Part shown: piece by piece, positions 61,901 to 64,000 of the stretch
How positions within the stretch are numbered: the stretch's first letter is position 1
Layout: the number at the start of each line of letters is the position of its first letter
DNA from: Octopus sinensis
Lineage: Eukaryota
NCBI RefSeq assembly: GCF_006345805.1
Contig: NC_043011.1
Location: 52,588,464 to 52,652,463 of the forward strand
Direction: 5' to 3'
DNA length: 64,000 bases
Notes under the pieces: generated by a model
The model's input: the letters and a program-made list of their open reading frames with translations, nothing else
Told to the model about the DNA's origin: nothing
Database searches by the model: none
Translations under genes and position numbers: made by a program

Positions 61901-62360
61901 CAGCAATTTTGAGGAGAGAAGGTTAGTTGATAACATCAACCCCAGTACTTGATTGTACTTTATTTTATTGACCCCGGAGGGATAAGTTGACCTTGGGTGG
62001 GATTAGGACTCAGAATGCATAGAGCCAGAACACAACAAGACATTTGGCCAATGCTCTAATGATTCTGCCATCTTTTACAATGGAATTTATAATTCATCCT
62101 TTGAAAATCCACAAATAAAGATTAGTAATTCTACTGAAAGGGTGTAAACAGAATTTGAAATAAGACAAAGTGGTTATTTTAAAGCAGTAGTTACTGAAAA
62201 AGAAGTTCACTAAGATGGCTTCTGATTTATCTCTCTACTGTAACCTTAATTCCACAGAACACACTATATGTCGCTTCTAAACATGTCATAAAACCTAAAT
62301 TCCGAGAAGTTTCTTAATGTATAAAGTGTGTTGTATTTTCTTTAATGTTTGCTTTTTCAG

Positions 62361-62721
62361 ATTCAGTGAATCAGCGACCATGCCAGATCCTTTCATAAAC
62401 ATCATTCCAGACACCTTACCGGAGTCTAGCAGTCCTCAAGACATAGTGACGCAACCAACATCTACAGCTCTGGTCCCAGTAAATGCTGATAAAAGATGGC
62501 AATTTGATGGTGGAAGGGTGAAGTCAAATTTTGGCCACGTTTCCTTCTCAAAAGGGAATATGTCGAAAGAAGACAGGAAAAGATTGATGGACATGAAAGA
62601 GGAGAGGCATAAGATCAAATTAGAAATTCTCAAACTGGAGAGGGAAATGATTAAGAATAAAATGCAGAGTGGTGATGACACGAGAATCAAACTGATAACT
62701 GAAGAAGTTACTTTATCATAA
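62361..62721 (+). CDS. Terminal coding exon of an unidentified gene, with a C-terminal coiled-coil-like segment
   Basis: Strong acceptor tttgctttttcag| at 62360 (phase 2), 119 open codons plus stop, KEERHKIKLEILKLEREM heptad pattern, and AATAAA at 62836 and 62840. Upstream exons not found. Confidence 0.65.
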
Positions 62722-63043
62722 AACTGAAGATCACTGGTTTATGCTGCTACATTCCAGACTGAATGGCTTTTTTTCTCTTTTTCTTATTTTTCCAAATTTT
62801 TGTATAACTTTTTTCTTTTTTATATTTTGATAAATAATAAATAAAATGAAGCATTTGAATTTTTTGATTTATACATCATCATCATCATCATCATCGTTTA
62901 ACGTCCGCTTTCCATGCTAGCATGGGTTGGACGGTTCAACTGGGGTCTGTGAAGCTGGAAGGCTTCATCAGGCCCAGTCAGATCTGGCAGTGTTTCTACG
63001 GCTGGATGCCCTTCCTAACGCCAACCACTCCGTGAGTGTAGTG

Positions 63044-63799
63044 GGTGCTTTTTATGTGTCACTGACACAGGTGCCAGACGAGGCTGGCGAACAGCCACGC
63101 TCGGATGGTATTTTTTATGTGCCACCGACACAGGTGCCAGACGAGGCTGGTGAACGGCCACGCTCGGATGGTGTTTTTTATGTGCCACCGACACAGGTGC
63201 CAGACGAGGCTGGCGAACGGCCACGCTCGGATGGTGTTTTTTATGTGCCACCAACACAGGTGCCAGACGAGGCTGGCGAACGGCCACGCTCGGATGGTGC
63301 TTTTTATGTGCCACCGACACAGGTGCCAGACGAGGCTGGCGAATGGCCATGCTCGGATGGTGCTTTTTATGTGCCACCGACACAGGTGCTAGACGAGGCT
63401 GGCGAACGGCCATGCTCGGATGGTGCTTTTTATGTGCCACCGACACAGGTGCCAGATGAGGCTGGCGAACGGCCATGCTCGGATGGTGTTTTTTATGTGC
63501 CACCGACACAGGTGCCAGACGAGGCTGGCGAACGGCCACGCTCGGATGGTGTTTTTTATGTGCCACCGACACAGGTGCCAGACGAGGCTGGCGAACGGCC
63601 ATGCTCGGATGGTGCTTTTTATGTGCCACCGACACAGGTGCTAGACGAGGCTGGCGAATGGCCATGCTCGGATGGTGCTTTTTATGTGCCACCGACACAG
63701 GTGCCAGATGAGGCTGGCGAACGGCCATGCTCGGATGGTGCTTTTTATGTGCCACCGACACAGGTGCTAGATGAGGCTGGCGAACGGCCACGCTCGGAT
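63044..63799. repeat. 63-bp minisatellite, 12 copies, inside an RTE-3'UTR-derived repeat
   Basis: Unit gccaccgacacaggtgccagacgaggctggcgaacggccacgctcggatggtg(c/t)ttttatgt with no spacers. It continues directly from the repeat body at 62873-63043. Confidence 0.93.
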
Positions 63800-64000
63800 T
63801 CTCATAAAAACAAAAATGAATAAATGAAATGAAACAAAGATCAGGGATTTTGTGTCCTTATGGAGGTTGATGAACATGTAGAATGAAAAAAATGCCTGAT
63901 GCTGAAGGTGAAAGATTCAATGCAGTAAAATGATGAAGAAAAACATGGAGAAAGGAGCTGAGCTTATGTTATTAAGTTGTTGGGCTTTACAGAAGAATGG

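Noticed and set aside
62927-63823. 298-aa and 258-aa repeat proteins, and a CRISPR-like look
   Set aside because: A 63-bp tandem array inside a dispersed retroposon tail. There are no unique spacers or cas genes, and the context is eukaryotic.

Overview
AT-rich, repeat-dense eukaryotic DNA, most likely from an octopus or other coleoid cephalopod. This is inferred from the single-coding-exon poly-C2H2 gene, the SINE/RTE/CR1/Helitron repertoire and the dense (TA)n/(CA)n/(TATG)n tracts, not from a database search. Genes supported by the sequence: a 15-finger C2H2 zinc-finger gene (494-1915, -); a complete 7-exon MRPL21 gene reconstructed by hand (7802-20454, -, 220 aa); a tRNA-Asp(GTC) divergent from it (20687-20758, +); an intact 690-aa hAT-transposase-derived ORF that looks domesticated (25652-27724, +); the last exon of an ABCB7-like ABC transporter (50151-50402, -); and an unidentified terminal coding exon (62361-62721, +). 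The rest is transposon debris: several SINE families, RTE and CR1 LINE ends, hAT, piggyBac-like and Tc1/mariner-like MITEs, and non-autonomous Helitrons. The most unusual signal is three unrelated inverted-repeat modules (3.2-3.5, 5.0-5.1 and 30.1-30.4 kb). Each carries a minimal type I hammerhead-ribozyme-like motif with a palindromic stem III, as described for Penelope-like elements, and each has core variants. Most ORF-track entries are microsatellite or repeat artefacts. All coordinates, alignments and folds were worked out by eye and need computational confirmation.
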